Position numbers and translations under genes: made by a program. The notes beneath the pieces are model-generated. The model did no database searches. It saw only the letters and a list, made by a program, of their open reading frames with translations, and was not told the origin of the DNA. A DNA stretch of 56,815 nucleotides, the filler included, from Sphacelaria rigidula (taxonomy: Eukaryota): assembly GCA_964200075.2 (NCBI GenBank). It is 5 parts of 5 records of this genome, joined end to end, with 100 filler letters (N's around TTAATTAATTAA, not from the genome) between each part and the next. Parts side by side here need not be neighbours in the genome. Positions count along the whole stretch, not along the records: positions 22,768 to 34,050 come from CAXNAA020005117.1; positions 34,151 to 45,433 come from CAXNAA020005118.1; 3 more parts are not named here. One strand, given 5' to 3'. Of this stretch, positions 24,915 to 37,300 are shown piece after piece (the first letter of the stretch is position 1; the number at the start of each line of letters is the position of its first letter).

Positions 24915-25278
24915 GTGGTGTTGTTGCGTTGTTATCACATCTTTTCTGGACGCCAGTCTGCACCTTTTGGTACATGTGGGCGCATTAGCCGGGGTCACAC
25001 AGGAGGAAGGTCAATATAGGAGTATACTTTCTCTTCATTTTGTTTTAGTTCTCTACCTTCCTTCTGTGCTTGCTGCTACTTTTTGTCGCGAGGGGGGTTG
25101 AGCAGTCCCTTTCCCTCGTCGACCGTAAAATCAAATGTTGTGTATTCACAACATGATCGCTGTCCATTGTTGAGCAACATATGAGAAAAATCCCGGATCG
25201 TGTGACTTCCCCGAGATTTGAACCTACGTCCCAACTGCCTGAAGATTCCGAGGTTACCAACTGAGCCACCGGGACGAC
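24915..25278 (-). mobile_element. tRNA-derived SINE, family 2, copy B
   Basis: Head GTCCCGGTGGCTCAGTTGGTAACCTCGG (A box) and GGTTCAAATCTC (B box). The body aligns with 2323-2700 and ends in a CAA-rich tail. Confidence 0.78.
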
Positions 25279-26814
25279 GGAGTTAGGCTCCGAAATTTTG
25301 ACACCAGATTGGTATTATCAGCACGTGGAACAGTCCTGAAATAACCAAGAAAAAAAAGAAAATCAAAGAGAACGATTTGAAACTTCAGCAAGAAGGGAAA
25401 AAGGGGGGTTGTTCCTGTCACGAATCTTTCGCTTGCGCACCGAAGATCGTTGTAAAAGGTCGACTCGAAACTCGTGAAGTTGGGCCGCGCGTGCATAACT
25501 TCTTGTGTGACACGGCTGTGTCCCTGTGATCTACCTGACACAGAAGACTCCAATTATAGGAGGTCACGAGTTTGAACCTCGACGTACCTTATTTCCTGGC
25601 ATAATCTTGTTTCCTTCGTTGAGGCAATCTTGAATACACAGTAGTCTTGTTTGCTTGAAAAATGTCATCAAGACACTTTTTCACGAGCTTCTGCGCTCAA
25701 ATTGCGTGAAACTGGTCTTTCTCACCTCAGCGCGGGGTGGGTTCCGTTTCTCTGAAGGTCTAGTTGCGGAAAAGCACCTTCAGCGCCTTTTTTTCCAACG
25801 GTTGAAAACGATCACCATCGGGGATTGCATCGAGAAAAATCATTGGATCCCAATCCCAGCTGGATACTTGTGCCCGTCCTCTTTGTATATGACAATCGCC
25901 TCGGAGGTCCTCTCCCATGATGGTGCGGTGTATTTGTCCTTCGTAATTCCGCCGCGTTTTTTCAAAAAAACATCCGACACACGCTATTACGCCACGAAAT
26001 GAGACGCACGCAGTACTCAATGCAGTTCAATAACGCCATCGCCATACCCGTGCCAATCAAACAGCGGTGAAGCCTTGCGTACCCGACTTGATCCGCAGTT
26101 CACAACGATTTGCTTACATCGGGCTGATTCAGGAAACTGAAATGGTTGTTGTGTGCCAGGGGGTCCGCAGGCGTTACGGCTGGCCCAGCTGGCACATATT
26201 TTCAGGTCAGACTCGAATGCTGATTGGTAGGGGCAAAAGAGGAAGGTTGGAAAAAAGTCAGTGGGAAACATCTTTACGTAATTATGTGTCATACTCTAGA
26301 CTCTTGGATGTGGATTTGTTCGGAATTTGGGGTTGATGGAAAACCGGGACAACGCCATGTTGTCCGCGTTTTTGTAGAAAACGTTGGTGAATACATCGTA
26401 CGGCGTTTCATCGATGTCATATTGCACGAAGACAAGCTAGTAAAGCTTATGCCACCGAGAGGCGCAGGGTTTATTTCACCGCTACTCTGCTATGGATAGG
26501 GCTATACAAAATGAAAATGCTGCATATCGGGTATCCAATGGCTGGGAACAATGCAAATGCAACGGACGCGGTTGCTGGAGCCCTAACCGCGCAGTGATCT
26601 TCTCCCAAAACATCGCCCGTATCCGCTGAGATATGGAAGGCCGTGAAGAGGAATACATCATGTTGATCTGTCGCCTTTCCCTTGAGTTTTCTCTAGCGAA
26701 TGTTTTTGAATGTTCACCTCGAGTGTGTACATGTATCTTGTGACAGCGGCTTCATTCGTGCTGGATCAGTTGATGATGCACAAAAATTCATGAATCAGTC
26801 ACTCTCTGGAAAAT

Positions 26815-26943
26815 GACAACATATCATATTGACAAGAAGTGTACTGCGTACAGTATTGACTTTTGCGTCTATTGCAATAGAGAATATGTTCCATACTGTA
26901 CGCAGAACACTTTTTGATAATGCAATCTATTGTCCAGGGTGCT
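26815..26943. mobile_element. Second copy of the small palindromic MITE
   Basis: AAGTGTACTGCGTACAGTATTG...CATACTGTACGCAGAACACTTTT...TATTGTCCAGGGTG, the inverse homologue of 31243-31383. Confidence 0.6.
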
Positions 26944-29194
26944 GGGAATCAATAAAGAGGGCGTAGCCTATTGTCCATAGCCTTTGTGGTGTGTCTTGGG
27001 TGTCCTGTTAAAACACGGGCTGTTTTTCAATTTTGATCAAATATTCAGCATGGACTTTTTGGCATCATGACATGCATGATAGATAGAAAGAAGGGTTTAG
27101 AAACCGGTTTACGTTTGTGTCCAATCTTCTCTCCCCAGTCTTGACTGACAAGAAGCGTTGGATACTCCCCGTTGGATACAGTGTTTGCGGCACGGTGTTG
27201 TTGAAAATTGTGCCGATAAGAAACTCTTGAGGGTTCTTGCCCTGGCTCGTCCGGTCTTCGAGGGTATGGACGATGACCTGGCATACAAACATGAAGCATC
27301 GTGGAACCCAAATGACGTCATTGAGGGTTGTGTGCATCCTGTGATTGGTTGATTGTCACAGATTCGTTCATTCCCTAGGGATCCAGCTTCTTGATTGATG
27401 ACTGCAATATCATCTGCCCCCCTCCCGGCGGGAAATAAATGATGGCGTGAAATCGTATGGTATATCAGACAGTAGCGAGGAGTTGATCGCTATATTAGGA
27501 GATGGATGGTGACATGATGGTGAAACAGGAAGGGGGTAAGATATGCTAAAGGTTCTGTGTAATGTATAAAAAAGTGATGAGCGCCCACATACCGGAGGTG
27601 TCTCTATTCGGAGCAGGAACAAAGCTCCGTCTCGGCAGGAATTCATGGTCAATGGTCAAATGACTCAGACAAGCAACAAATGAGCCCCCCCCATCCCCCC
27701 TCCCGCGCCAAGAACTGGACCGAGAATCAGTTTGCGCGAACAGGTAATCGGGTAACATGATCGCTGCAATCACAGTGACTCATGCAAAGGTTGATTAAAC
27801 ACATACACACCGCCACAATTGCGTGCGAACTTGGAAGCCCTACTGGCTGCCGTTGATACAGAAGAAGAATGCTTGCTTTGGGTCGAGTCTCTCGGAAATT
27901 GGACCGAAGACGATTATTCACGGTGGAGTTATTCCCAGCTAGTATGCCCAAATCGACGGTTGAACAATTATGATTAAGTGCGAACTTCGATTTTCGGGTC
28001 TTTAGCGGGGCTGATAGTTCCGAGTGCCCCTAGCGTGCGCAGAACGTTTCCCTGCGAGATCGGCGCCTGCGCCGCCGATTTGAGGTCTGCCAACGCACCC
28101 TTTACGTGAAGCATCGATTTCAACCGTGGATTCAGGGATACGAACTCGGGTAAACCGGCCTCATTTTTCGTGTCGGGCTTGCGGCGATAATACATACACA
28201 AAGGGGTCAGCAATGGCGCGTTTTCGGTTGTAGAATGACACGCCCGCAGCCGCCCTTCCTTTCTTCGGGGAGCTGATTTCCGTCAAACAGGGGACTGTCA
28301 TTGTGTCTAGATTAGCTAGGGCTATTAATAGCTCTGCAGGTACTGCGCATGCGTGGCGGGTGTCTTGTGTCTTCACGTGCTACTCAACCCTTAGACCGCG
28401 GTGCGGTTAGTCCATCTGGACCATGCATACTTTTTTGAAGTGGATATTGACGCCGATTTGGCAGTTGACCTACCCTCGCAGTCAAAGGCTTGAGGGCTCG
28501 GTGTGTATGTGTGTTGTGGAAGCAAATCTCCGTGCGAACTGATTTTGCTGTCCCGTATAAGAAAGTCTACATTGTCAACTAACCTGAAATAGTTGAAAAT
28601 TCGACGAATCGCTTTCTTCAGTCCAAGTCCTTGTATTGTTCTGCCCTCCGGGGCATGTGTGTGAGTCAAATTTCATGTCGAGAGTCGGAAACTAACCCAG
28701 GGGAGAATGCGAAAGGGAAAGTAAGCGAATGCGTTATTGCGGACAAGAACCTACTGTGGTACAGCCGTCACACGAAAAATGTGGATTTCTCTTCAAGATG
28801 TAGGAGTTACATGTGATAACACAAGAGAAGGTGGTCGGCGCAGGGTGGGGTAGGGTAGGGCACAGACACGAGTGCGGGTATTCGCAGTTCACGTACTATG
28901 TTCTAGAAGGGGTGCTCGAATTTTGCACCGTACGTACTACCATAGAGTACTCCGTGTTTCCCGCAGTTTATACTCTGGAATACTTGCCATTTTCCGCGGT
29001 CGATAATCGATATCCCAGATATCCTGAGGTGCGGTGGCGTACTCCTACCCTTTGAAACATGAACACGGGTGTACACATATAGTTTCACATGATCGGTTCA
29101 GCGGGTGGCGATATTCAAAACAACTTCCTCTGCCTATTTCCGCCGCTCTCGATGTGGTCGGGTCGCGTGCAGTGCAGTGCAGTGCAGTGCAATA

Positions 29195-30177
29195 CAGGCT
29201 GGGCCGCCTAAGAAGCTCACTTTCCTTCAGCCCGCTCTAACTGACGATGTATCGCGAGTTGTGCCTACTATGACACATATTGGTAATCGACAGATCAGCG
29301 CGCGTCTTCAAATCCATGTAGCACTGCGATCCGACAAGGCCTCATCAAACGGAATACCAAAATGCAGTCAAGTGCGAAAGTGTATAGAGTTGAGGGTGCT
29401 ATGTGCGGCGGAATTAGCAAAATGAAAACGGCTGAGATTGGATTTCCGGTTACAGTCAGTTTTGTGCCGGGTGGTGCCGCACAAGCTGTAGCACAATTCC
29501 TGAGCTCAATACTCAGTCGTTTTCGATGAAATTTTGGAATGATGTACAGGACGTATGGGCAAGCAGTCCTTCGTTCCTCCCGTTTATTTTATTTTATTTT
29601 CTTTTATTTGTGAGTTATTGGCGACGGAACATTTCAGAACAGTTTTCCAGAACAAAATTGCCAATAACTCACGAAGAAAAAAAATAAAAAAAATAAGCAG
29701 GGGATGGAAAGTTTGGTATTCGTACATACGTCCTGTACATCGTGTCAAAAGTTCATCGAAAACGATCCAAAATTGAACAGCATAAATGCGTTTGAATTAT
29801 TCGTAAATGGTCAACCTCCATATACTACAGTAGTCGGTTGTCGACGGAATGACGCGTATTCTTCGCTCAATTTTGGATCGTTTTCGATGAAATTTTGACG
29901 CGATGTACTGGACGTACATGCAAAGACCCCAAAAACTCCCCCCGTGTTTTGTTTTGTTTTCTTCGTGAGTTATCGGCGACGGAAGATTTCAGAACATTTT
30001 TCGGAACTTCATCGCCACTAACTCACGAAGAAGGAAACAAAGAACACGGGGAGGATTTTCGGGGTCTTTGCATGTACGTCCTGTACACCGTGTCAAAATT
30101 TTATTGAGAACAATACAAAATTGAGCGCAAGACTCGCGTGTCAACACTCCTGCTCGAATTTTCGGCGGCCCAGCCTG
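29195..30177. mobile_element. Non-autonomous TIR element with TA target duplication (Tc1/mariner-type ends) carrying two internal palindromes
   Basis: TA|CAGGCTGGGCCGCC ... GGCGGCCCAGCCTG|TA. Internal long inverted repeats lie at about 29516-29766 and 29876-30112. Confidence 0.8.
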
Positions 30178-31242
30178 TACGGGCTGGTTCACGCCTATCA
30201 CCCACAAGTATGTCATCAGCGAATGCCTCTCGCAATACCTACCCAGTAGTCGCATACATGATGCCATACTGACCGCCATGGACAGGTGAAGAGTGTGACA
30301 TAGCTGGATTTGTATTTACGGCCATGGTGGTAGTGCTAGGGGCGAAAAGTCACGTCGATCAATCAATGGCCTCCAAATTGTTCTGGAATTGAAAATGCGA
30401 GTTTTAAACCAGGCCCCTGTTCACACACTCTCCCCATGCTTCAAATCGTAGTAACCGCCATCACCTCGAGAATCTCACGGAGAAAACAGATTTGAAAGCG
30501 GTTACGAGGCGGTCGAGTTGTGCCCGAGACCGTGGTGTCCCGGTGATGTGGGGTTTCGGCGTCGTCTAGCTTCCACTGATGATACGCACGAATAACTTTG
30601 CAAGCCTCGTGATGGTTCCCCTTATATATGTCGTGGAAAAGCTCAGATCACCCTCCAACTTGGCAGTTCCCCAGGCATTGATGCCCAAAATGGACAAATT
30701 GTGTCACTGACAATGTATCAACGTTTCCCAGTTCTCTACCGCCTTCCGGGGGTCTCAGTGTGAAGACCCCCGAAAGGCAGTGCAAAATGCCTCAAAGGAA
30801 AAATGACATAACGGTGGGAGAAAGAAACGGGTAGATATTGCTGACTTCCTTGTGCTGTGATACTCACATTGTTCCTTAGTTGAAGGACCCCACCCTTTTC
30901 CCCTTGTTCTCGTTCAACCTCATCACTATGTACTTTTTCGCAGCGCCGCATTTTTTACCGTTCTTTCCCTCCATCGAGCTGGACACTGGGAAGCCCGTGT
31001 TGGATGTGCCCGACTGGCTGAACAAGAGAGCACCCACCGACGCTGCCGCGGGATTATGTTTCAGCGGTCGGATGATCGGTAAAGTCAGGTAAATTCCCTT
31101 CTGCCCCTTCATCTTGCCTGTTGTTCTGGCGATACTCTCGTGATGGGTCGTACATTGGATAAATATGTTTTTGTCATGTATTTTGAGAGCAGCACTTGCC
31201 CCCGCGGGGGGCGCACACTTGTTCGAAAGGTGGAGGTACTGA

Positions 31243-31383
31243 ACCCCGGACGATAGATTACGTTTTCGAAAAGTGTACTGCGTACAGTATGGAATACATT
31301 GTCTATTGCAATAGACGCAATAGTCGATACCGTACGCAGTACACTTTTCGACGATGCACTCTACTGTCATTATCCAGGGTGTG
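31243..31383. mobile_element. Small palindromic MITE related to the CACCCTGGACAAT TIR family
   Basis: A near self-complementary AAAAGTGTACTGCGTAC...GTACGCAGTACACTTTT segment ending ATTATCCAGGGTGTG. A homologue lies at about 26815-26943. Confidence 0.65.
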
Positions 31384-32352
31384 GAAGATAATGACTACAC
31401 GAGCCACGGACTCACCGTTGCATCCATGCGATGACTACACGAGCACAGAAACGACCAAACGGCCAGCACAAAAAAACGTGGGGGGATACGCACATACCCT
31501 TCTCCGCACAACACAATTCCACGCTTTCCCACCCCACGCGTCGTATCTGAGCGTGGATCAGATATTCTGCTCCGATTTCCTTGTGTTCAGTGGCGTTTTT
31601 TGGGGGGGGGAGGGGGGCTTTGCGTGAGGTTTGGGACCCGTGCTGTTGCTGCTGGTTAGTGTTTTTCATGTGAACGGATTTGTTGTGAGGTGCACGCAAC
31701 GTGAGCCTCAGGTATGCACCGTTACCGGTCGAGCCGATGAAGAAGTTATGAGTGGTTGCGAGGCCGTATCTTATCGAGACCGAAAAATAAAGCGGGAAGA
31801 GGAACAAGCGTCCAAAAGCAGCATGTTGACTAGTCGCCTCTCCACGTATGTGTCTGTATGTCTGTGTACGTATTTTCGTGTACGAGCTGGGCCAACCAAT
31901 AAGGTTTTTTTCTCGTTCAAGCGACGCACAGCGTAAAATTAAAATTAGGAGTACGACGCTGAAATTTTGACCTCAGCTCATCATGATCGACAGGCAGAGT
32001 ATCACGAGAGCAGCATAGAAAAAATGGTGTGAAAAAAAAAAGTTGTGAGATTTGAAATTTCAGCAAAAACAAGATAACGTCGAAAGTCCACGAAAAACGA
32101 GAATCTGCAGCTGCTCCCGCAATATATCATTTTCTTGGGTACAGAAGTTCTTCGTGACATTTCAGCTCAAGAGTCGTCGAATTGGCTGAGGAATCACACT
32201 TTTCGTGTGACACAGTCATGCCCCCATGATTCAAGTGGAAGGAGACTCCAATTATGGAGGTCATGAGTTCGAATCCCGACACATCTTTTTTTTTCGTCCG
32301 TCGTAAAGGTCCCATATTATGCAGTACACTTTTCCCCTTTTTTTTCTTCAGT

Positions 32353-32881
32353 CAGCGGCGGTGCCATGTGTTACTAGATTGGTCTGCACTTCACAATGAT
32401 ATGCTTAAATCAGGTTCATTCGAGAAACTGGGAAAGCTGTAGTGTGGACAACATTTAGGCGCTTTTATGCTGCCCCAGCTCGTCCAGTACCCCAAGTTTA
32501 AAGTAGGAAATTTCGTGATTTCTTCGTAGTTGGCGATTTCCTTGGGTTCTTTCGCTCGCCACCGCTCATCACATTGGGGACCTGAAGATACTAGTATCCG
32601 CTCCACATCCCAAGAAAAAAAACATCTGTACTCAATGTTGAATGACTTACGAGCTGACCGGTCATCGGGGGTCCTGCCACTTTTCAGCTCAGATTCCGAC
32701 TCTCCTGTATTTCCGGTCGATCGGGCCTGTTCCGATCGTATTTGTGAGGAAATAAAAAAAATTGTTTATTAAAATTGCACTAGAGCCGAATAACTATTTT
32801 TCACGGTCAAGAACACCCTCCTGATAAACAGGGTATCTACTCATATCGCCCGATAACATCGACTGACACTAACTTGGGCAC
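32353..32881. repeat. Long dispersed repeat, inverted homologue at about 50262-50605
   Basis: CCGGTCGATCGGGCCTGT, TTTTCACGGTCAAG..CACCCTCCTGAT and ACTTGGGCACT match the reverse complement of 50262-50605. The first part also resembles 51418-51490. Confidence 0.65.
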
Positions 32882-33454
32882 TGGGGGGAAGGTGAACTGT
32901 CTATTTCACCAGCATCTATCGGCGCGAGCAAATTCAAGTTTTATCGGAGAGTATACGCGAGAAAAATTCCAACTTAGCCCGTGCGCATTTCGAACTTGGG
33001 GCACTATATTTTCGCGTGTGTTTTCGTGTATTTTCATGTGCTTACCAAGTTTACGTAGTAGAACAGGACATATTGATTGTTGTACATATCAAGTTATGCG
33101 CTACGAATCCGGCTGCGGTCATCAGATGGACGTACTCGAGAGTGTACAACATGAAAAAAAGCTATGGTCGTCCCCGGATAGAAAAAACTCGAGAAAACGT
33201 TGTGGGGGGGGGGGACGAGGGATGAGGAGAGAACAGACGGCAAACTGGAGTGAAGAAGGAAGAAGGGAGAGGAAAATATTGTAGTGTAAAGCGTATATTG
33301 TGGGGGGGGGGGACAAGAAATTATGAAAGAGCAGACGGAGGAAACTGAAACGAAGAAGGAATGAGAGGAGAGGAAACTATCAAAATTGAAGTGATTGTTT
33401 CATATACACTTTTACACACTTTGGACAATTCATGAATTAACTCAGTTACGGTGT

Positions 33455-33840
33455 ATGAGTCACCGGCCGAACATATGCACCCTTGACCTATTTCATACTG
33501 GAGTATAACTCACCCGACCAGAATATGCACCGATAAGCTACGTTCAACATCTCACCGAGGCAGAATGTGCACCGATGAGTTATGGTCTATAACTCACCCG
33601 GCCAGAATATACACCGATGCCTTACGTTCTATAACTCACCCGGCCAGATTATGCACCGTTGAGTTGTTCTCTATAACTCACCCGGCCAAGATATGCACCG
33701 CTGAGCTTGTGCTGAATAACTCACCCGGCCACCGATGAGTTATGTTGCTATTACTCACCCGGCCGGAATGTGCACCGCTTAGTTATGTTCTATAAGTCAC
33801 CCAGCCAGAATATGCACGGCTGAGTTCTGTTCAACAACTC
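33455..33840. repeat. Tandem array of about nine 42-bp units with an internal inverted repeat
   Basis: Consensus ATAACTCACCCGGCCAGAATATGCACCGATGAGTTATGTTCT. ATAACTCA pairs with TGAGTTAT within each unit. Confidence 0.85.
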
Positions 33841-34050
33841 CACACCCTGGATAATGGACACAATAATAGTTCATTGCTTCAGCAATAGACACGGGGAAAA
33901 ATCTAAAGATATATATTATCGAACACGATAGATGGTGAAAGACATCTATTGATACGCATTTCAAGGAACAATAGATGAAGATCACTCGCCATCGGTGGAA
34001 ATGGTGTACCGCAATAGATTCTGGGTTGTATATATCGATAGCCATTGCCG

Positions 34051-34150
34051 NNNNNNNNNNNNNNNNNNNNNNNNNNNNNNNNNNNNNNNNNNNNTTAATT
34101 AATTAANNNNNNNNNNNNNNNNNNNNNNNNNNNNNNNNNNNNNNNNNNNN
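34051..34150. other. Artificial scaffold linker
   Basis: N44-TTAATTAATTAA-N44. Confidence 0.97.
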
Positions 34151-34373
34151 GTTTTCCCCCCGCGGGGGGCGAAGAAAAAAAATTTCCCCCCCCCCCCCCC
34201 CCCCCCCCAAGCCCCCCCATCCCCCCCCCCCCCCCCCCCCCCCCCCTTCTCGATCACGTTGGGCGACTTTCCATCAGTACGTTGGACTTGGTAACTTGAA
34301 AGTCGAAGCTTGATCCCCGAACACAATCTTCATTAGAAATTATCACGGGACCAGCAATCGTAATGTGCTGCAG

Positions 34374-37300
34374 ATTCAGAGAAAAAATGGTGGCCAAGTG
34401 GAACCACATGTGTCAGGAAGCTCACCCACCCACCAGCTTGCGTTTTACTTCATCGGCTCACCGCAAACTGACCGCACAGGCTCTCGCTGCAACCACCTCG
34501 AGTGGGGGACCGTTGAGCCCCGGAAAACGCCGGCCAGGTGCGGGGGGCACAAACGTCAGCCTCGATCCCGCCGTTCGGAGCGTGTTCGCTTCTCGTGATG
34601 GTCGTCGACTACTGATAGGTGAGCTTGTGTGAACTCCTCCACGATGCTGTGGTGATCGCCTGGGTAACACCAACGCAGAAGGATATCTGTTTCTATCATT
34701 TCCGTCTATTTTATTACCAGCGGTAGAGGTTTCTACACTTGAGCTGATGGCAAGATTGTTAGCTGGGCACGAGGAAGTCGAATAGTGTTGGGACCGCTTG
34801 TTCGGAACCCTGACATGTGTGCGGGAGAATGTAGGGGGGGGGGGAGTCATTCGGTGCTTGCCTTAGTCGTTTGATCATTGACCACGCACCCCTTTTGAGA
34901 CAGAGCACCGTTCCCACACCTAGTAGAGACACCTCCAACATTCCGGCGCTCATTACGTTTCTTGAAGCCTTTACATATCTTATCCCCCTTCTGATCCGCC
35001 GTCTCTGGCCACCATGAATCCCCTAGTATAACCATAGTGTTCTCGTTACTGTCTAATGCATCAAACAATTCCATGCCACCTTCGTTCACGTCCCGCATTT
35101 TTCCCTCTAGCACGTCCCGTTCCTCCTCGTATAGTTCACACTCTGCAACTATATGAGTTCTGCTCTCTATTGCTTTGCCACAGAGGCAGTGCTGTGCATC
35201 TGCTTCCTCCTCCTTTCGACTACTGGTATATCTCTTTCTTCTTTCTGGCAGGTCCAGGTCCCCCACCCGGAATCGCAGTTTCAATGTTTTCGCCCCATCC
35301 ATGGGGCCATGCAGATATGTTTTCATCTCGATCCCCTCTCTCAACCGTCCGTATATCTTCAGGTGTTCTTCCTCGTCTACCTTGCGTCTCAGTGCTTCTT
35401 TCCCCCTTATTTCTATCATGACTCTTACTTTTATCTTGTATCCTGCCAGAATGCAGGGGTAGGGATTTGTCCTTCTGTACGCCTGCCGTGGGTGACAGCG
35501 TTTATCCTCCTGTTCGATGTTCCACGAACCTTTCTGTATATCGGATCAGCGGCGACCATGCCTCTGACACACGTGCCGTCAAATGTTTCCTGCCAGTTCT
35601 TTCTGATTATGGGAACTTCCGAGAGTAGGGTGTCGTTCTTGTCGACGAAATGGGGCCGAAAAAGATATGGTGTCAAGGGCACTGTCATTTTGGAGATCCT
35701 ATCCCCCGACCTTGCGTTTGGTGCAGGCACTCGTGGCGGAGAGCTGTATGAGATGTCCACCGCGGACGGCAGCGACGCCAACGGGCGCGATAAGGCGACC
35801 AGCGGTCCGTTGACCGCTGGCCATGGCCGCGGAGAGGTGAGATACCCCCCCAAGTTACGTGTTAAGTGACCTACGCTGTGCATTTGCTCAGCAGTTTAGA
35901 AATATTAAGTATGTGGAATTTTGATCCAAAACTTGGAGGTTAGCCCCGAGCTCGGAATTTCAATCCAACTTCGGAAAAAAGGCACAACTTGACCATCACT
36001 GGGACTGATTAAACTGGACAGGAGCTGCTTAAAAGCGAGGTCGACTTGGGAAATGGTGCTGGGCACGACGTCCGCCATCTCGATCAGGCTAAAACAAATT
36101 TTGCTTTTGGAAAACGCTTCAGTAGATAACTTTTGTTTTTTGGCAGAATATTCTGCTTAATGTGGTGGTTTGACTTTGAATGTGCACAGGTGTGGGGATT
36201 GTCCGCGCACCCGACGCAGCGGCTATACGCCACCTGCGGAGACGACGGAAGCGTCAGGGTCTGGTCTCTGGACGACCGCAGGGTGGTTGGCAGCATTTCT
36301 ACGGACTGCTCGTGTCGCGCATTGTGCTTCAGCCCTGATGGCAGCAGTCTTGCGGTACGTCCTTGTTTCGAGTTAGTTTTGCGGTTCGCCGGATGGGCAG
36401 TGTTAACAAATGTTCGCCATGGTGGCAAATATGATCTCGCTGTAAACCCCCATGCCCTCGCGGGTTCTACTGTTTTCCCGATAGACTCGAGGTCCACATG
36501 CCAAATATTTCTTCCGCAAGATTGGGTAGTTCAACAGCCGCCGATCCATGTCTTGCCCATGAACTAGTGGCTTGTTGTAGCCATCCTAAATATGGTGACT
36601 TCCGTGCTATCACACCAGCTGTTTTCGGCGTCTTTCAACGAACTGAAGTCACGGATACGTAACGTACTTGGGGTTGGTATGTTATGGAGCAATCCTTGCA
36701 ATGGTATCTTCCGTGTTGATCTACGAGCTGTATTCAATGATCTCCAACGTGCTGTTGCGGGTAAGGGGCGTACTTGAGGGGACAGTAGCAACAGCATTAC
36801 TATTGGCTGACGTCTGACGTCACCTTGAAGTATTCTAGCTAATCGACTGCTCTCTGAGCGCTTGCTGTGCTCTTCTTCACTACACGGTGGCATAACCTGC
36901 CCGCCACTGTAGAGCGCTCACGTACACCGCACCATCATCAGCAAAACAAGTACCGGCGAAATAAAACCAAATCGAAGGTATATCCAGCAAGGATACGCAT
37001 CACAAAGGGGCCAGCTGGCGCCGCAGGGGTCACTACATCTCCTCTGAAACATCTCAGTCTCGAAAAGCACTGGGTCCTCGTCAAGCGTGGGGTATAAGTA
37101 CAGTGTGAGCAAGTGGAGAGACGGTTTCATGAAGCACACAGAGAAACGACGCGATCAGCGCCCCGCCAATATTTTCATCTCCTTCATACATCTTAGATAT
37201 TGCGTGCGCTTGACTACACCGGACCGGGGCTCTGTGTTCGACGCGGACGCACGGTTGGTTCTCATAGTACCAGACTGTCGAGCCGCGTGTTACCTAGACA

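Noticed and set aside
33455..33840. CRISPR array
   Set aside because: The 'spacers' are only ~15 nt and homologous to one another, there are no cas genes, and the context is eukaryotic. It is a tandem repeat.
35153..35869. 238-aa plus-strand ORF
   Set aside because: It is a chance fusion of the LINE antisense strand, intron sequence and the real EML exon 35727-35836.
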